In this document: piece by piece, positions 48,501-62,327 of the stretch
Layout of the letters: each line of letters opens with the position of its first letter
Position numbering within the stretch: position 1 is the stretch's first letter
DNA from: Catajapyx aquilonaris
Lineage: Eukaryota
DNA length: 64,000 bases
NCBI GenBank assembly: GCA_000934665.2
Contig: KZ538143.1
Coordinates: 1 to 64,000, forward strand
Reading direction: 5' to 3'
Translations under genes and position numbers: made by a program
Notes under the pieces: generated by a model
The model's input: the letters and a program-made list of their open reading frames with translations, nothing else
The model's database searches: none
What the model was told of the DNA's origin: nothing

Positions 48501-51500
48501 CCCAGCAATGTTCGCCTTCATGGACTACCAATGTATCACTCTGGCCCAGTAAAGTCCATCCGCACCTTAAATTACTTTCTCCGCAAGGCCGATTCCCTTC
48601 TCCTCCCATCCAAACATTTCAGATGTCCCTAGCAAGCTCTCTTTCCCTTAGTACAGGTTACATTATACATGGTCATTGAGAAAGCAGCCACCCCCCTGAC
48701 TGCAGATTTTCCAGCTCACTACGTGGAATATAACTTTTTTTGGATGATGTTGCATGTCTGCGCCAAGTTGGGAGGGGGACGAAATTGGGTGGCATGGTGG
48801 GGAGGGTAAGGGGAGATGGAGAAGGGAGGGAGGGAGAGAGGGGGGTCAGGTGGGGGAACTGCTGGAATTGAATTATTGACTTTCCTGAGCCCCTTGAAAC
48901 ATGGCATGTGGGGCCTCATCTCTAAGGTATTTTTCCCCTTGGTTGAATCGGAAGCGTTTCAGTAGCCCACAACGTAAACAACCATAACCCATCATATTTG
49001 TAAAGTGTCGCATAATACCCTTCCGTGAGGATTTTAATTGCAGTCGTGCCTATGATGCTTTTTCAATACCATTATCAGGTGACGTAACATGCTGCAAGCC
49101 TATTCTAATGGCACAAAAGCCAATAGGTGGCTCATGTTATGAAACAATACTAAGAGGATCTGCCAGGGTTCATGGCATCAAGTACTAAATGATGCAATTT
49201 TCACTTTTGCTCTAACAACAACAACCACCTGATAAGGTTGGATGACTTTTTAGACTTTATTCATGAACCTTTATGCTGCAACAGGGGGTGAGGATAGGAG
49301 AAGTCTGGTCGTGGCCTATTTTTTGGACCTATCCCTGCATTCATTTGAATTCATCATGTAAAATCACACAAACCTTGCCCAAGAGAGCTCATATCTGGGA
49401 TCGAAGATGGAATCTCCCAAATGAGAGCCTGCTACCTATTCAGTCAACTGCCTCAGTACTGCATTTAAATTTAAAACACTATTATATGACATGCATTATA
49501 ACCATGTGGCCAATGATTACTGGGTAAGCCAATTGCATGAAAAACAAGTGTGCTGAGATTTCTTTCCCAATCACTATCTCTTATCACACCTGTTGACTTC
49601 TGGAATGATCTAAACTTGTCAGTAAAAATGAAGCCTCAAATCACTGCAAAGAACTCTGTACTTTGAGAGCGTCACATGCACCTGCCCTCTGCAAATGGGT
49701 CATGAGGAAACAGTTCCATCCGTACTTCCCCCAAATGTGATTCACACACTCACACACTGCTGGCAAGATGCCCCTTGGAAGATATCCAGATCATTTTACT
49801 TCCTGAAGTAATCAGTTTCCCTACACGAGAACTATAAGACCGGCTGGTTCATGAATCACTGCAAATTGGATACCCCCAAAAAACTTTTTTCATAGGTACC
49901 AAAAACAGAAATGCTCACATCAAATGGCGCTTCTCCATGGTGCTTGTTGACAATCCGGAATGCACATATCTGGGCCCCACTGGCCCGGATCTTGGGCGTT
50001 ACCTCCACCACCAGCTCATCTTCCTTTACTAGCCCATGGTATCCGCTCTCCAAGTTGATCAGATCCAACTGTGGAACTGGACCCACAAAAAATTGGGGAG
50101 AAAAAAGGAGATTACTCAATAAAACTGTGGGAATGCCAGGCTGAGCTCAACACCTAGTAAATCCCGCATGCAAAGTGGTTCCGTAACATCGGTGGTCACA
50201 AACACTCCCCCTTTCCGCACCTATGCAAATCGGAGGATTTTGTAATTGGTGTTTACAGTTTTACATGGCACAATTGAGCCATTTGCTGATCTGCATTTAA
50301 GCCAATTTAGCATGAAATGCACAGAGAACCTAATTTGGAGGGATGCCCAAACCCATCTGACATTTCACTGGAAACCTTTAATATCAGGACCTGACATTTT
50401 CTGCCATTCTGACACCTCAACAGGGGAGCGTCATGCCATGTTCTTCACGGTGGCATGGCCACCAAATGAACTGTTTCTTTTTCCCAGGACTGCGACTGTA
50501 GCAGGCAGATATGACCTGATGAGCCAATGAGCAAATGAGTTAAATTCGGGGCCAATCGATACGCTCATCAGGCCTGTTAGCAGCCATTTACCTTTTGCTA
50601 AATGGCTAATTTGATACAGGAAATCAGCAAAATGGGAAAGCTGAGCCTGCCTGCATCTGTCAAGTGCAAGTAATCAATGAATATAATGAACCTGCTCAGC
50701 CGAGACAGTTAATTTTCTCATGAATGCTCCAGTATGCCTAGTGTTTCACCTTTTAAATTGAGCAACTCAGGTGAAAACATGGGCTGTTTGCAACCCACTA
50801 TCACACAAATAAATCACAGGAAGTGTCAACAATTCATTTGACTATTGCTTTTTTGCTAAATGTCACATGGAGCTTGAGCAAACATGCAGGTCGTTGTTTT
50901 ATGATGGTCTATTCAGGCTGAAAAGCATAATGGATGGCACATTGAGCATGAAAATTTCCAATTTAGCCGCATGCGGCACAATGTGCTGTGCATAATTGGG
51001 TGTAGTGTAATGTATAAAGCAAATGCGTGAGCATCAATTATGTAAGGCTGTATGTGGACCTTTCCATTCACTTGTCCATAGCTTCCTATGTTTCTGTTTG
51101 ATAGTGAAACAATGGCGGTTGGCGCCGGCTGATAACTGAACATGAAGCCACATCTGCATTTAATCAAATCCGTATATTAATAATGCAGAAGGTCAACAAT
51201 ACATCAGTTGGCAATGTCAGGGCTGTCCAATCAATTATGGATCCAATAACGTTGATGTACAAAATTGAGGTACATGCACTACTTTACAATTTATTGTCCG
51301 CGTAATAATTGCAACATTGAAAAGCAACAAACCCTTCATCAAATTTGAAAGACAGATGGTGTCATACACCCACCTTTTTGCTTGTATCTGACAGCTGTCA
51401 CAAACACAAGATTCTTAGCGAGGATAATGCAACAGGAAAGCTTCCCAATGACACCTTACTTGTACTAAATATGGTATCGTAATCCCTCTTTGCAATTATT

Positions 51501-54500
51501 GATGCAAATTATTCCAGTAATACATTCACCGAAATGTCACATATATATTTCACCTTCAATAATTTATGCACCACAAAGCTCCAAGAATTATTGGTGCCAC
51601 AGAAACCGGCAGCAAGCTACCATTGCAAGGCAGTGGTCAATATAATGATTTTGAGGCATTGACGACCTTGCCAAGTGGAAGGAGGATCGCTGCTTGCTTG
51701 GTATGCGGAACACGTCCCGAATTGATATTGATTGCACCTAGACAATGTGACATGAAACCCTGCATTATTGATAAGCCCACAATAATTGTGTACTCCAGTC
51801 ACAGTAGCCTTCCTGCACATGAATTCTGACCACCACCAACTAATATGACTTGAACCTACAGTCCCAGTATCCATACCTCTACAACTATGAAATTATGCAA
51901 GCACATACAAATTATCCTGTCAAATATTCTGATCATAAATTAAGAATATTTTTGTCCAACAGTAACTGTCCTGGACAGGAGAAGAGTTGAGGGCACTCAA
52001 TTATTCACCTCCATGCATTACACAATGCCTTTCACTGTCTGTTGCACTACCTTCCTTGCAAGTAAATTCTACCCTGCCAACTGACACACTAATTGCAATC
52101 ACGCTCTGGCATTCAATACGTGCAGGAATGATAGTCCGTATTAACAAGTCTTGGCTAACTTTTAGCTGCGTTAGGAAACCAGCAGACTGAAAGGATTTTA
52201 CAGTAATTATGCATCCAGTTTGCTTGATTATATTCCTGAATGTGACCTTCTGCAAATATTCCCTGAAAGCAAACTGAAAGTTTTCTAAGGTTTCTGCCAA
52301 CTCAAGGAAGGTCAGATTACATCAATCTGTAGAAGCAACAGATGTTCACTGCAGATGTCTGTGATGCAGTAAAGCTGCAGCCTTCCTTGACTCTGTTGAC
52401 ACTAGGATATGGTTGGAAAACATACTCCATCTGGGGAATGATATTGCATAGGGATAAAGTCCTGTCATCAAAGGTTATTTTTGGCAAGTTTCCATTAGTG
52501 ATTAAAGAAAGGGATACTATAAACTGAAGTGGAAGAGACCGCCTGACAGCTGTAGTCTATCTTCAAAGAACAAGATAAGATGTAGAGCTTAACTTGGATA
52601 TTTCTTCCCCATTATTATTTACAAAAAATCTTTGCTACTGATCTTACATCAGGCTTACACCTGCAGAGGATATCAAATCATCCTAAAATAACCGAAACCT
52701 GTCTACCTAGTGAGCAGGAGTGTCACATATCCTTTTAGACACACATCAACATGTGCCCACACATATTCCATCACCACCTATGAATAGTTTCTGGCTGTCA
52801 CCTCTGTAAGTACACAGTGCCACACAAATATTTCTATGAACTTTATCAATGTTACCAGAACATGGTTGCATCATTTTAAACAGGGTACTGAAATACAACT
52901 AGTACATCCAGTTGCAAGTATGCAGACACGAAGATATTTGATGCCGTTTTGGCAGTAGCATAATTTAGGTCACTGTAATAAATTCTTGTAAAAACCGCAA
53001 CCATCCAGAACATCTGCCAAAACACTTGCTAATACATAAGTAAACAGCTCAATGCCTCGTGTAGTGAGAAGTATGACTCAATATTGCCGGAACTGGAATA
53101 CTTATGATGCCTTTTTCCATAAATTCTTTGAATGCAGACCACGCAATGGCATCAACAATGATACTTAGCAGTTCCACATCCTGATAGCTGGCTTTGAATC
53201 TCAAAGCAACACAGGCAGGTGTGTAACTAAGATAACATGTCTCCTTTGGCTACCAGGCAAGGCATGTACATCAATCCCAGATAAAAACCAGTGCAGCAGA
53301 GCATTAACAGTTTGGCTCATGCTGACCTGCAACATGAACTTCTAATTACTGTATCTGGCAGAGTTATCTAATTATGTGGTCTGACTACAGCTCAATTATT
53401 TTCCAACTGCTGGCCATAAGCAGATGATAACTACAATACTGCACTAGTGTAATCACCAAGTGATACTGATACTGGCAATTCTTGTCCAGCCATAAAATGT
53501 GAAAACTGAAGCATTACACAGATTGCATTTATGTGCATTTTGGTCTGGGAATATCAGTTAACTGATAGTCGCATATGCCAAGTGCCTCAGTGGGATAGCG
53601 TCATCTGTAATGGGAGCAGTTCTGAGAAAATATTTTCATTGAGTTAGTGATGTCACAATATGCGCATTAGCCTACCAGCGCTTACGTTTAGTTCAAACTA
53701 TTACAGAAGGTAGAAATGTAAAGTATCTATTCCAGTATACTGTATTATCTAAGACCTCTTGTGCAGCAATATGGCAAACATATTGCAGAGTATGTAAGTG
53801 CACATACACTTTGTTCACTGCACCCAGTTCAAAGCGAAATTAGTAGATCCAAATTTCTTGATTTTGATGTTACAACTTATGAATTTTGTTGTCTACAGAG
53901 TTCACTATCTACTTTATGTCATCCAAGTGGCAGCGAGAACATGAGCAATTGATAACAACCACATTTGATCCTCCATTTCCTTCAGCCAATAAGATTAAAC
54001 AGCATTTTTATCGCAACATGACGCAGCAAAGGATATCACAATAACACTGTACAAGTCCTTCTGGACAATTAATTCGGTGCTGATTAGACCACATTATCTC
54101 CTTCCTCTGCAACTCTGCACGACACTCCAGAAGTTTCCGCACCCTAGCAACTGATGGCAACCAAAAAAACCAACCAAAAATGGTTGCTATCAATTCAAGG
54201 ACCTGCCGCACACCTTTTAGTCATGCAGAGAATTTACTCCGCACTGACTTGGAAAATAACCTACAAGACTGTTCATTCATTTTAACGGCAACAGCACATC
54301 ATTCTGTCAAACCTACAAGGCAGTTGCACTTATTGGCAATCCTCATCGACAAATGCAATATATGTGTTGACCCTCAGCAAGAGCATGCACTGTCTGAACC
54401 AAAAGGCATATATAATAACTATAGAATTATTATATATCAGAAATTACGCACTAGAGTTATCCACATTTGGGATATTCGCATGGGTCAACCCAATCATCGT

Positions 54501-54573
54501 GAAATGGAAGGGCCTCCTCGTTATAAACAAGCAACCCCAATCTTTTGGGAATAATCCATGAAGGATGATGATG

Positions 54574-54610
<37 letters not shown>

Positions 54611-55278
54611 GTCGTAATGGTGTCGTTGTTATTATTCTTATCCTCTTTGCACCAAAAATAAAGGAGATTCCTTCAGTAGCATACAAGATTGAAACACGCA
54701 TACTGCATATTCAGCCTGTAGTGCGGACAGAGCATGCTCATTAGAACCTTGCGACATGATGGTACTATCGGTGCATGCAAGTGTCCGCATTAATAGTCCC
54801 AAGCGCACACATTATGCAGGCGTAATGTCATTGAGCTTTCATTTTTATTTCTCAACAATTTCAGGTCCGACGCTGAGCAATATTGCAGTTGTCCAACCTT
54901 CCCTGATGTGGCCCATATGCGACCACAACCTTCCTTATAAGGCCATACAGTCTCCTTGCACAGTCCGGCCAGGTCATCCCCACAAGTCTCTCCCCCTTTC
55001 CACTTAATCCCTTCCCTGATAGCCGTACCAGGCAAGTCCGGGAGAGGAGGAGGTGGGCCGGGAAGGGGGGGGGGGGGGNNNNNNNNNNNNNNNNNNNNNN
55101 NNNNNNNNNNNNNNNNNNNNNNNNNNNNNNNNNNNNNNNNNNNNNNNNNNNNNNNNNNNNNNNNNNNNNNNNNNCATTTCCACACACACCCACAGAGGAT
55201 CGAGCAAGGCCTACCTCCATCTTGTGTGGCGAGGATGGCCCCCACCGAGAGGAAGAGGGCTAAACAGCTGCCCCACAT
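36564..55278 (-). CDS. Cals: Calsyntenin-1 (~950 aa). Exons 55278-55215, 50076-49919, 48048-47921, 43765-43173, 39778-39432, 39014-38663, 38550-38218, 37803-37499, 37405-37171, 37094-36922, 36728-36564
   Basis: Signal peptide MWGSCLALFLSVGAILA, two cadherin repeats (DVNEYAPTF, ATDRDC, PLDYEK), a LamG-like domain (EWRWKL..VCDNEWHH), a TM segment (IIIVVCVGFLVFMIVLGVIRIR), cytoplasmic WDDSALTITVNPME, an acidic tract and LEWDNSTL. The exons sum to 2853 nt. Exon 1 is the least certain. Confidence 0.95.
38049..38175. mobile_element. Palindromic MITE family B, copy 2, TGT TSD (calsyntenin intron)
   Basis: A 127-bp hairpin, TGCCCGATTGCACCAAC...GTTAGTGCAATCGGGCA, flanked by TGT on both sides and highly similar to 32336-32462. 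Confidence 0.9.
40443..40567. mobile_element. Degenerate palindromic MITE-like element
   Basis: GAGTTAGTAGTTGG..TACACCTG pairs with CAGGTGTA..CCAACTACTAACTC. Confidence 0.65.
41474..41820. mobile_element. Tc1/mariner-type MITE with ~100-bp TIRs
   Basis: GGGTGTTTCCTGTAATTCGGGACAGACTTCTAG..TTGAGATTGGACACCCATGGTCGGAAACCCATCCCAA pairs with TTGGGATGGGTTTCCGACCATGGGTGTCCAATCTCAA..CTAGAAGTCTGTCCCAAATTACAAGAAACACCCTG. The termini are CAGGGTGT-like. Confidence 0.8.
44135..44383. mobile_element. Non-autonomous TIR element with AATT flanks (possibly Sola-type)
   Basis: GAAGGGGTTAGTGCCATAACGTGCTAAGCCACA ... TGTGGCTTAGCACGTTATGGCACTAACCCATTC with AATT on both sides. The superfamily is inferred from the 4-bp AWWT target only. 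Confidence 0.8.
47311..47748. mobile_element. Old, degenerate foldback/long-TIR element
   Basis: Nested inverted matches AAAATCAGCATTTGAAAT/ATTTCAAATGCTGATTTT and GATGGCTGATTTTT/AAAAATCAGCCATC. Confidence 0.6.
54575..54608. repeat. (ATT)n microsatellite
   Basis: Read directly from the sequence. Confidence 0.95.
55079..55174. other. Assembly gap (N run) after a poly-G tract in calsyntenin intron 1
   Basis: 96 N characters; the true intron length here is unknown. Confidence 0.99.
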
Positions 55279-56190
55279 TGTTCACAACACCACCACCGTA
55301 CACACACACAGTATTAATCCAAAACACTGGGCGACACTGGCTAGACCGGCACCATAGTCCGGTCCGTCGTGCCTTTTTTTTTTCGTTGAAAAACAGAAAG
55401 AGACTGGAGAGGAGATAGCACCCTCCGCTTCTCTCTCCAAAGCACACACTCACTAGGCAAGATACTCTCTCGGCCTAGTCGGCCAGGCCACACCAACTTC
55501 CCAGTGCCGCCCCCCCAGCCTTCCAGTGTACACAGAGCAGTACACCTGCGCAGTCACGTGATCCGGTGACTTCACGTATGGATTCCGGGGCACAAGGGGA
55601 GGCAGGGAGGCAGAGGGGGGAAAAGGCGGGTACAGGCATGGAGTAAATTTAGAGCGAAATTCGCGCCATGTTGGGTCCAAAAACCGAGTGTAGTCTGCCC
55701 AGGCCCGGCCTAACTTGCCATGGACGTTCCAAGTTTCCGTGGAGATGCCCTCATGCAACAATGATTGTTGCATAAGGCGCGTCCTCAGTGGAAAACGTGA
55801 AAAGTGGGAGGGTCCATGGGGTGCGTTCGGCAGATTTCCGGTGACTTTTGTTGGTAACTGGTAAGCGAAACGATGACGTCAATGGCAAGTTAGGCTGGGC
55901 CAGGGCTGGGCCGACTAATATCATGGAGGGATCGATTTTTGTTCGAAAATTGCGGAAAAGGATTGTCGTTACGTACCGGACATGTCGGTATATATCCTGC
56001 TCTGCAACCTCATTTTCTCTGGCCGACTGCACGTGTTGTCGCAGTTTTTGAACATAAACCAAATTAGACGTTCCACTTCTGGAATATGAAATCTTCCGTG
56101 GTTATGGGTCCACAAAGTTACATCATTTCGGTCGATGCAGAAGGAGGATAATTTCCTCGTGAGGGGTATGTGACTACGGCTGATTGTGTA

Positions 56191-56318
56191 CAGACCTGAA
56201 GCTCAAATTAGCCTCTAACTCGCCAAAGCTAAACTAAAGGCTCGTGAGGTAGAAGAGCCTTTCTTAGAGGCTAATTTGAGCTGCACATCGTCTGCTACCT
56301 TACTGATTTCCGCGACTG
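56191..56318. mobile_element. Palindromic MITE family A, copy 3 (partial)
   Basis: CAGACCTGAAGCTCAAATTAGCCTCTAA...TTAGAGGCTAATTTGAGCT..TCTGCTACCTTACT, matching the copies at 6602 and 7237. Confidence 0.75.
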
Positions 56319-59300
56319 TTCATTCATTCATTCGTTTACCCCGCTCTGTAGGGCTTGGCAGCATCTACATTAGTGAATGTTTCTACTACAATGGAACCAT
56401 TTTAACTGATGGTGCTGGTTTTTAAAGAAATCTATTATTATAGTCGGTCTTTATTTCTAATGAAACTGAGCTGCATCCATTATATCAAAAGCCAGCAGTG
56501 TCATCCGGCTCCTTTATTATTCTGTAGCTACAGTAGCTCTTGGGAATCTTTTATAAATGACTCCAAAAATTAATATCAAAAGTTGTGTTTGAAATATTGA
56601 ATTCGGAAGGAGGTGGACGGGTCAAGGCGATGGCGGCACACTATTCTGTCTGAATAAGAAATGAAACCAAGATGTCATTTTTTAAAATTTTCTTCTCGTT
56701 CATGTTCCAACAGGTACTTTTGGATAATTCGGATTTTTCTCTCTCAGTGATAATGCTAAGGCCTAATTAATAAGTGAAAAACTTTGCATGACAGGTGAAT
56801 ACATTATGAGAAATTACTCGTGGCCTACGTCACTAGCCATTGTGCGAATTTCAAACTTCCGAATCTGGAGCAAAATTAAGATTGTCAAAATTCATGTTAA
56901 ATGTATTCAGTGTATGAAAATTCCATGAAAGAAAATGTAATTACTATGACTAGAGATTCAGGAATATTATGTGGGTGTACAGAAACCGCAGTCCGTGAAC
57001 CGCAACTGATGCCGTAATAACTAAACCTCAGGCTAGATTTTGACAAGGTAAACTTTTATTATTTATGGCCCATCATGCCTAGAGAAATTTTCTAAATATG
57101 AAGTCCTGGTCTTTATTATGCAACTTTCCAGAATATTTTAAGCTCTGCACATATTCTGACTCAGCTTTGATACTTTATCTTAAAAAATTACCGTGATGCA
57201 TTACAATGACGACGCGTGTAGGAACTGTCCTTTGTTCGATGACATTTAAAAAAAATCAAGGGGCGATGTTTCTTGATAAAGAGTGAATCAGACTCAAAGT
57301 CCAAGCATATTATCCAAAGGTTAGTTTGGCGTAACAGGATACATGTACAGTACAACATTGAGCACTGATGTACGATAAACTTGAGGTTTCCATTCATCCT
57401 TTTTAAGTTCCTGTATCAAGGTTGCTTCCAAGGAAATCTGGAGTTCGCAGTGTTAATTACACCTATTTTTTGTGGCCCGGAGAAACTTTTCAGCACCAAG
57501 TGTCATTCACTATACAAAGGCCAAGTTGGCAAAAATCCAACGTACCGAATACTTGCACTCGTATTATCAAGCATGTCTCACAATGTGTATTGTTCAAGAA
57601 AATAATTGCACGGCTGTATGTCGTGCAATGGTGCAAGTCTTAAGAAAACACGAATAGCATGTGTCGCGCCATAAATGGCCATCTGCATAGTTATATAGGG
57701 TTGCATGGTCCCATCACGTAGTGATTTATCCGTCACTGTCCAAATTTCGTGACATTTCAACGACCGGCCCCTACCAAAAGAAAGGAAGACAGTCTGGCTT
57801 CTCCAAAAGACCCAGGACAGAACCGGATCCAATCCGGATCATAAACCGAGTCGCCGAGCCATTCACAGGAAAACTCTGATTAGTATCCTCGCAAGAAGGA
57901 AAAGGATGGAAGAAAATAAAAGAGACTTGTATCCTGCAGGACCTCTTTTCACGCGGATTTACCTTTCATGGTCATCAATAAAGTTAACTCGAGTTTGGCT
58001 CAACTTCCTAAGAAACGTTGGGACCTTCTTGTGTTATACAAGAAAAGTGGGCCTGAAAAGTTGGAAGGATGTTTTTTTCCTGCGCATATTCTCCACCGGA
58101 ACAGACATCGCACAATACTAACCTAATTAGAGGTTGGCCCCGGCTGGAGAAATGTCAATACAAAACCCGAATTTTAATTAAAGGGATGAGTTCAAATATT
58201 ACGGCCGTTTGTGGAAGAAGCTGGTGAGTTTTATGGGTAGAAAATGCTAAGCGCAGCATATGTGTAGGGAGGAAGTTTTGAGCAATTAGGATGAGTCAAA
58301 ATATTCCTGAATGATTTTTTGTTTAATTTTTTAAATATTTTTAATGAACATTTGTACAAGTGGCCTATCTCAAGAACGTTAGGCATGTCTGAGTGACGGT
58401 TAGCAGCAGTTAGTAACGCTTGGCTTATAAAGCAGCGCCCTCCGACGGGACGCTTTCGAAGTAATTGTTGTGTAAAGTACACAGATTCATCATCATCTGT
58501 TTCCAGATGGACTCTCTAAAGGAATCGAAGAAAAACCTTTCCTATCCACCACCCACAAGTTTAAGCCGGAAAAAACCGGTTGGAAAAAAGGTGCTACGGC
58601 ATGCATCCGATGCAAACCTAATCACAAAGTGGCGTGAATCGAATGTGAAACGAACAGTTTGAATTTTCATTAGCAGTCTGGAACAAACGGTACTGCATTT
58701 CCCTTCCTTCGTTTTTTCTCTCTCTCTTCTTTCTCACTTCCATTCCCTGGATTAAAGGTGTAGGCTTTTCTCAAATCTTCAGGATCCGCCCCAGGAGAAT
58801 CCAAATGAGGTTTTTTAAGTGGTCACTGCGCTTCATTGGAAACTCGAGGGTGGGAATAATTTAAATAATTGCGGATCTACTAAAAATTCCCTAGAATCTT
58901 TAGCTCTGCACTTTGATATTATTTAACCCAGATATGCCTAGCGTCATATATGTAGGACATTTGCACATATGTTACATTATTTAGTAGCTCATTATCAAAA
59001 CCAGGCTATTTTTTTGTAAAAATATTTGAAAAATAATTTAGACTGATCTGGGTTAATTTATTCACATACAGGCTTCTGACCTCATAATTGGCAAGATTAA
59101 GTCTTAAGTGTAGCACATAGGCTACTGTAACTCTGTAAGAATGAAACTCAACGCAGTTTGCCAACCCATCGCGTATCGATATTTTTTCTCAGCAAATCAC
59201 TTTAGCCACGTGCTGTACTTCTCGAGCTCTGTTTGTATTCGTAGATTTTGTTCTTTTAGACAGGGGAGAGAAGCCTGCATTGGTAATCTTGTCGGAAGAG

Positions 59301-61934
59301 AAATGTGCAGCAACTCGAGATTGCCTATTGGAACACATTGATTTCATTCCCTGCGTGCTGCAAGAGAATTTGTCCCGAGGCCAGATCGATGATTCTTTTA
59401 CGGTGCCAATGGACGAAGCACGAACCAAAAAAAAAAAAAAAAACACCGTTCGTCTAAGTACAAGTCGCTTCTATGTCATGTCCTACAGAAAGAACTGTCC
59501 TTCAATGTGACATACCAAATGTATATAAATGTGGTTCAGGTTGCTTCCGTTTTTTTGTGTGTACGATTGCTCTTGGGATGGTACCAAAATTCTCTCAAAA
59601 CCTAGCTGGTTTTATTTTGAGCGAAATGTTTTGCGGGGTCTCGCATTTCGCGATGTGAGGATAAAAATGACTGGAAATATACTCGGGGATTCTGGTCGCC
59701 ACGTGCTTTCATGGGCTTGCAAGCAGTGGTTGCGGAAGTGGCGCATCCTGAATCATTCAGCGGGTGGACACCCAAGGGATATCCTGGAAGGATGTCCGTA
59801 TATACACAGCCTCTTCCTCCGCCTTACACGTGGACAGCTGCTTACGGGAGAAATGGCCTCATTCGGGAATAAAACATCAAGTTGTAAAGCAGACGGGTGG
59901 AAGAAGGCGAAAGAAGGAAAAAAATAGCTGTTAACTTGGATGTTGCCAGATGTCCAATTTTTTTGAGTTGATTCAACCAGGTGGACAGAACTGTGATTGT
60001 TGTTGAGCTACACCTGTTGAATGATAGATCAGTTGCTGATAACTATAATTCATAATTCGCTCATAAATAATATTGAAAAAGTAACAAAAAATAATTCCAA
60101 TTATTTTTGAACTATTTTTGGCTCACATTTCGGCTATTTTGAAATGCTGGTCCATCCTCAATGTTATCTATTGCAGTGGGCGAATTCAAATGTTAGGAGG
60201 CACAGAGAGAGAGAGGGCCCCTGCCATTTCCAAATAAAACGAACAAATCCATCCTTTGCAATTTCGCGATTCCAAACTCGATTATGGTCCGGACCGGACA
60301 AAATTACGGAAGCCTGATCTGGACGATCGGCGTTTTGTAATTTTGTCCAGCAAGGCAGGACCTCAAATGAACGTGATAGAGACAAGACCTGCATAAATTG
60401 GAAACTCCCGCAATGACAAAAAGGACCGGACGACCCAACCGTGGCCCTTATGCCAACATTTACCATTCAAAATGTTGCATTTGTTTCTACTTGAAACCTA
60501 TTTATGGTGATACACGATCAGACTGCAAATTGCGTTGAATTTTGTCAATACGTGAATGTCTTCATTAGGCCGTGTGCTAGTTAGAATACAATATTACTAC
60601 AATTGTATTCGAGTGTAATTAGTGCAGCAAGCAGCAGCTGACGTTGGCACATTGATATGAAACTTGAGCGTAATAGTGTGAACCCAATTTAGCGTACGGA
60701 ATGTGTCGTAAAAAGGCGCATATATCTTCCCCTGATGCGTAAAAAAAAAGTTGAGCAAAAAATGTCCCCAACGCAAATACCTTCGTCGACAAGTGCGGGA
60801 ATTAAATGAAAAATAATGGCCTTGTTGTACACATGTAGCATGGTCATATAATAAGCGTTGGTGTTGGCAGAAATGTTACGTGAGAGCGACACAAGTGCAA
60901 TGAGTTTATGTCGCACATGAAAGAGATGCTGTGATTAAGTCAATATGTTGCTGAGCCATGGAATTTATTCACTGCGTAAGACGTATGAAACTCCAACTCT
61001 GAAATTTTGTTGCAAGTCCTTTCATAGATGTAAAAGCCTGACATATTTTAGAGCTCTGTATAGTGAGACTTGTAGCCTACATGCAGCATTATGCGCAGGC
61101 CACCTTTAAGAAATGCAACTAAGCAAGATTTGTTGCACATAAAAATACAATGCAGACAAACCAGAACCTACCCTAAAATTATTTGAACTCCTGCACAGCA
61201 TGCACGCAATAATTCGCAAGCCACAGCACATTTCAACGGAATTGGACCTCCATAAAACATGGCTTCCGCCCAAGAGTGCCGACACCTAGCGGCTTTCGGA
61301 TTCGTAACAAGCGGGTCCCATCGCCGCGAAACGTGTGGCGTTCGATAAACTGCTTCGCCGTTGGAATAAATTAGCATATTAATACCTGGTTGGAAGGTGT
61401 GCAAGAAGATTTAAGTGTTTTAGGGAAAAAGGAAGAGGCCGGCCCCTTTCCTCCTTTTTGGGATTTAAAAAAAAAATCTGTGTAGTGAGCAGGATATTAG
61501 TTCTCATCAGCGAGTTTTGGGAGAAATGGCGTCGGTGTGGGGGAAAAGGGCATTAAAAATGAAAAGGGAGACTGGGGAAGCGAGCAAAAGCAGAGGCAGC
61601 TTCTTGTTTGCGAAATTTAGGCGGATATGGCTTGGTCCAAAGAGGTTACGAGGCTCTTTCGCCTTGCAGATATGGCGCCAGGTTAGGCTGTCAGTGTACG
61701 GGGCCGGGAGAGCACTTGAGCACTCCCGGGCCCATGGGAAGTGATTAGCTCTTATATGGGTGTGGAGCCAACTATACGTCTGAAGGGAGAAAAACTGCCA
61801 GCTCTCTTATTGTTATTATGGCACGTCAAACTCCTGGATATTGTCCTCGTCGGCATTTATATACCTTGGCTTCAAAATAAAAGCCAGATGGTCGTAAAGC
61901 ACACGGGGCCTATAGTCCACTGTAAGTATCAGGC

Positions 61935-61999
<65 letters not shown>
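61935..61999. repeat. (AAT)n microsatellite
   Basis: About 21 AAT units; this explains the poly-Ile ORF 61741..62073. Confidence 0.97.
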
Positions 62000-62000
<1 letters not shown>

Positions 62001-62149
62001 GCCCACTTCTCTTATGCGCAGGAAGATCGTTAGATGCAACACCATCAAAGACGCTATTTTGCTTATTACATAATACTGTGTTATCAATAAAAGTAACAAC
62101 TATAGCAATAACAGCTGATGTTTTTAGCTGTATAGTGACTGATTATATT

Positions 62150-62327
62150 TATTTTTTATTTATTTCACACCCCATGCTAGAGCCTTTGGCTCCCTTAGGG
62201 GGGTGGATTACCACCATTGGATGGGACCAGGGATAGGGAAGGAAGAAAGCGGCTGTGGCATATTTTTTACGGAAACGACCCCGGAATTGTCCTGGAGGGG
62301 ACCATGGAAAACCACAGAAAACCATGG
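62150..62327 (-). mobile_element. 5'-truncated SINE with a 17-bp target-site duplication
   Basis: TAGTGACTGATTATATT at 62133-62149 and 62328-62344, with an A-rich tail on the minus strand. The body GGTTTTCTGTGGTTTTCC..CCAGGACAATTCCGGG..GCCACAGCCGCTTTCTTCC resembles the Nin-type domain of arthropod SINEs. Confidence 0.8.

Noticed and set aside
54790..55418. ORFs spanning the N run
   Set aside because: Artefacts of the assembly gap; only 55278-55215 is a credible exon.
59529..59927. 132-aa plus-strand ORF
   Set aside because: No recognisable motif or splice structure, so it cannot be supported.
61741..62073. Poly-isoleucine ORF
   Set aside because: It is a translation of an (AAT)n microsatellite.
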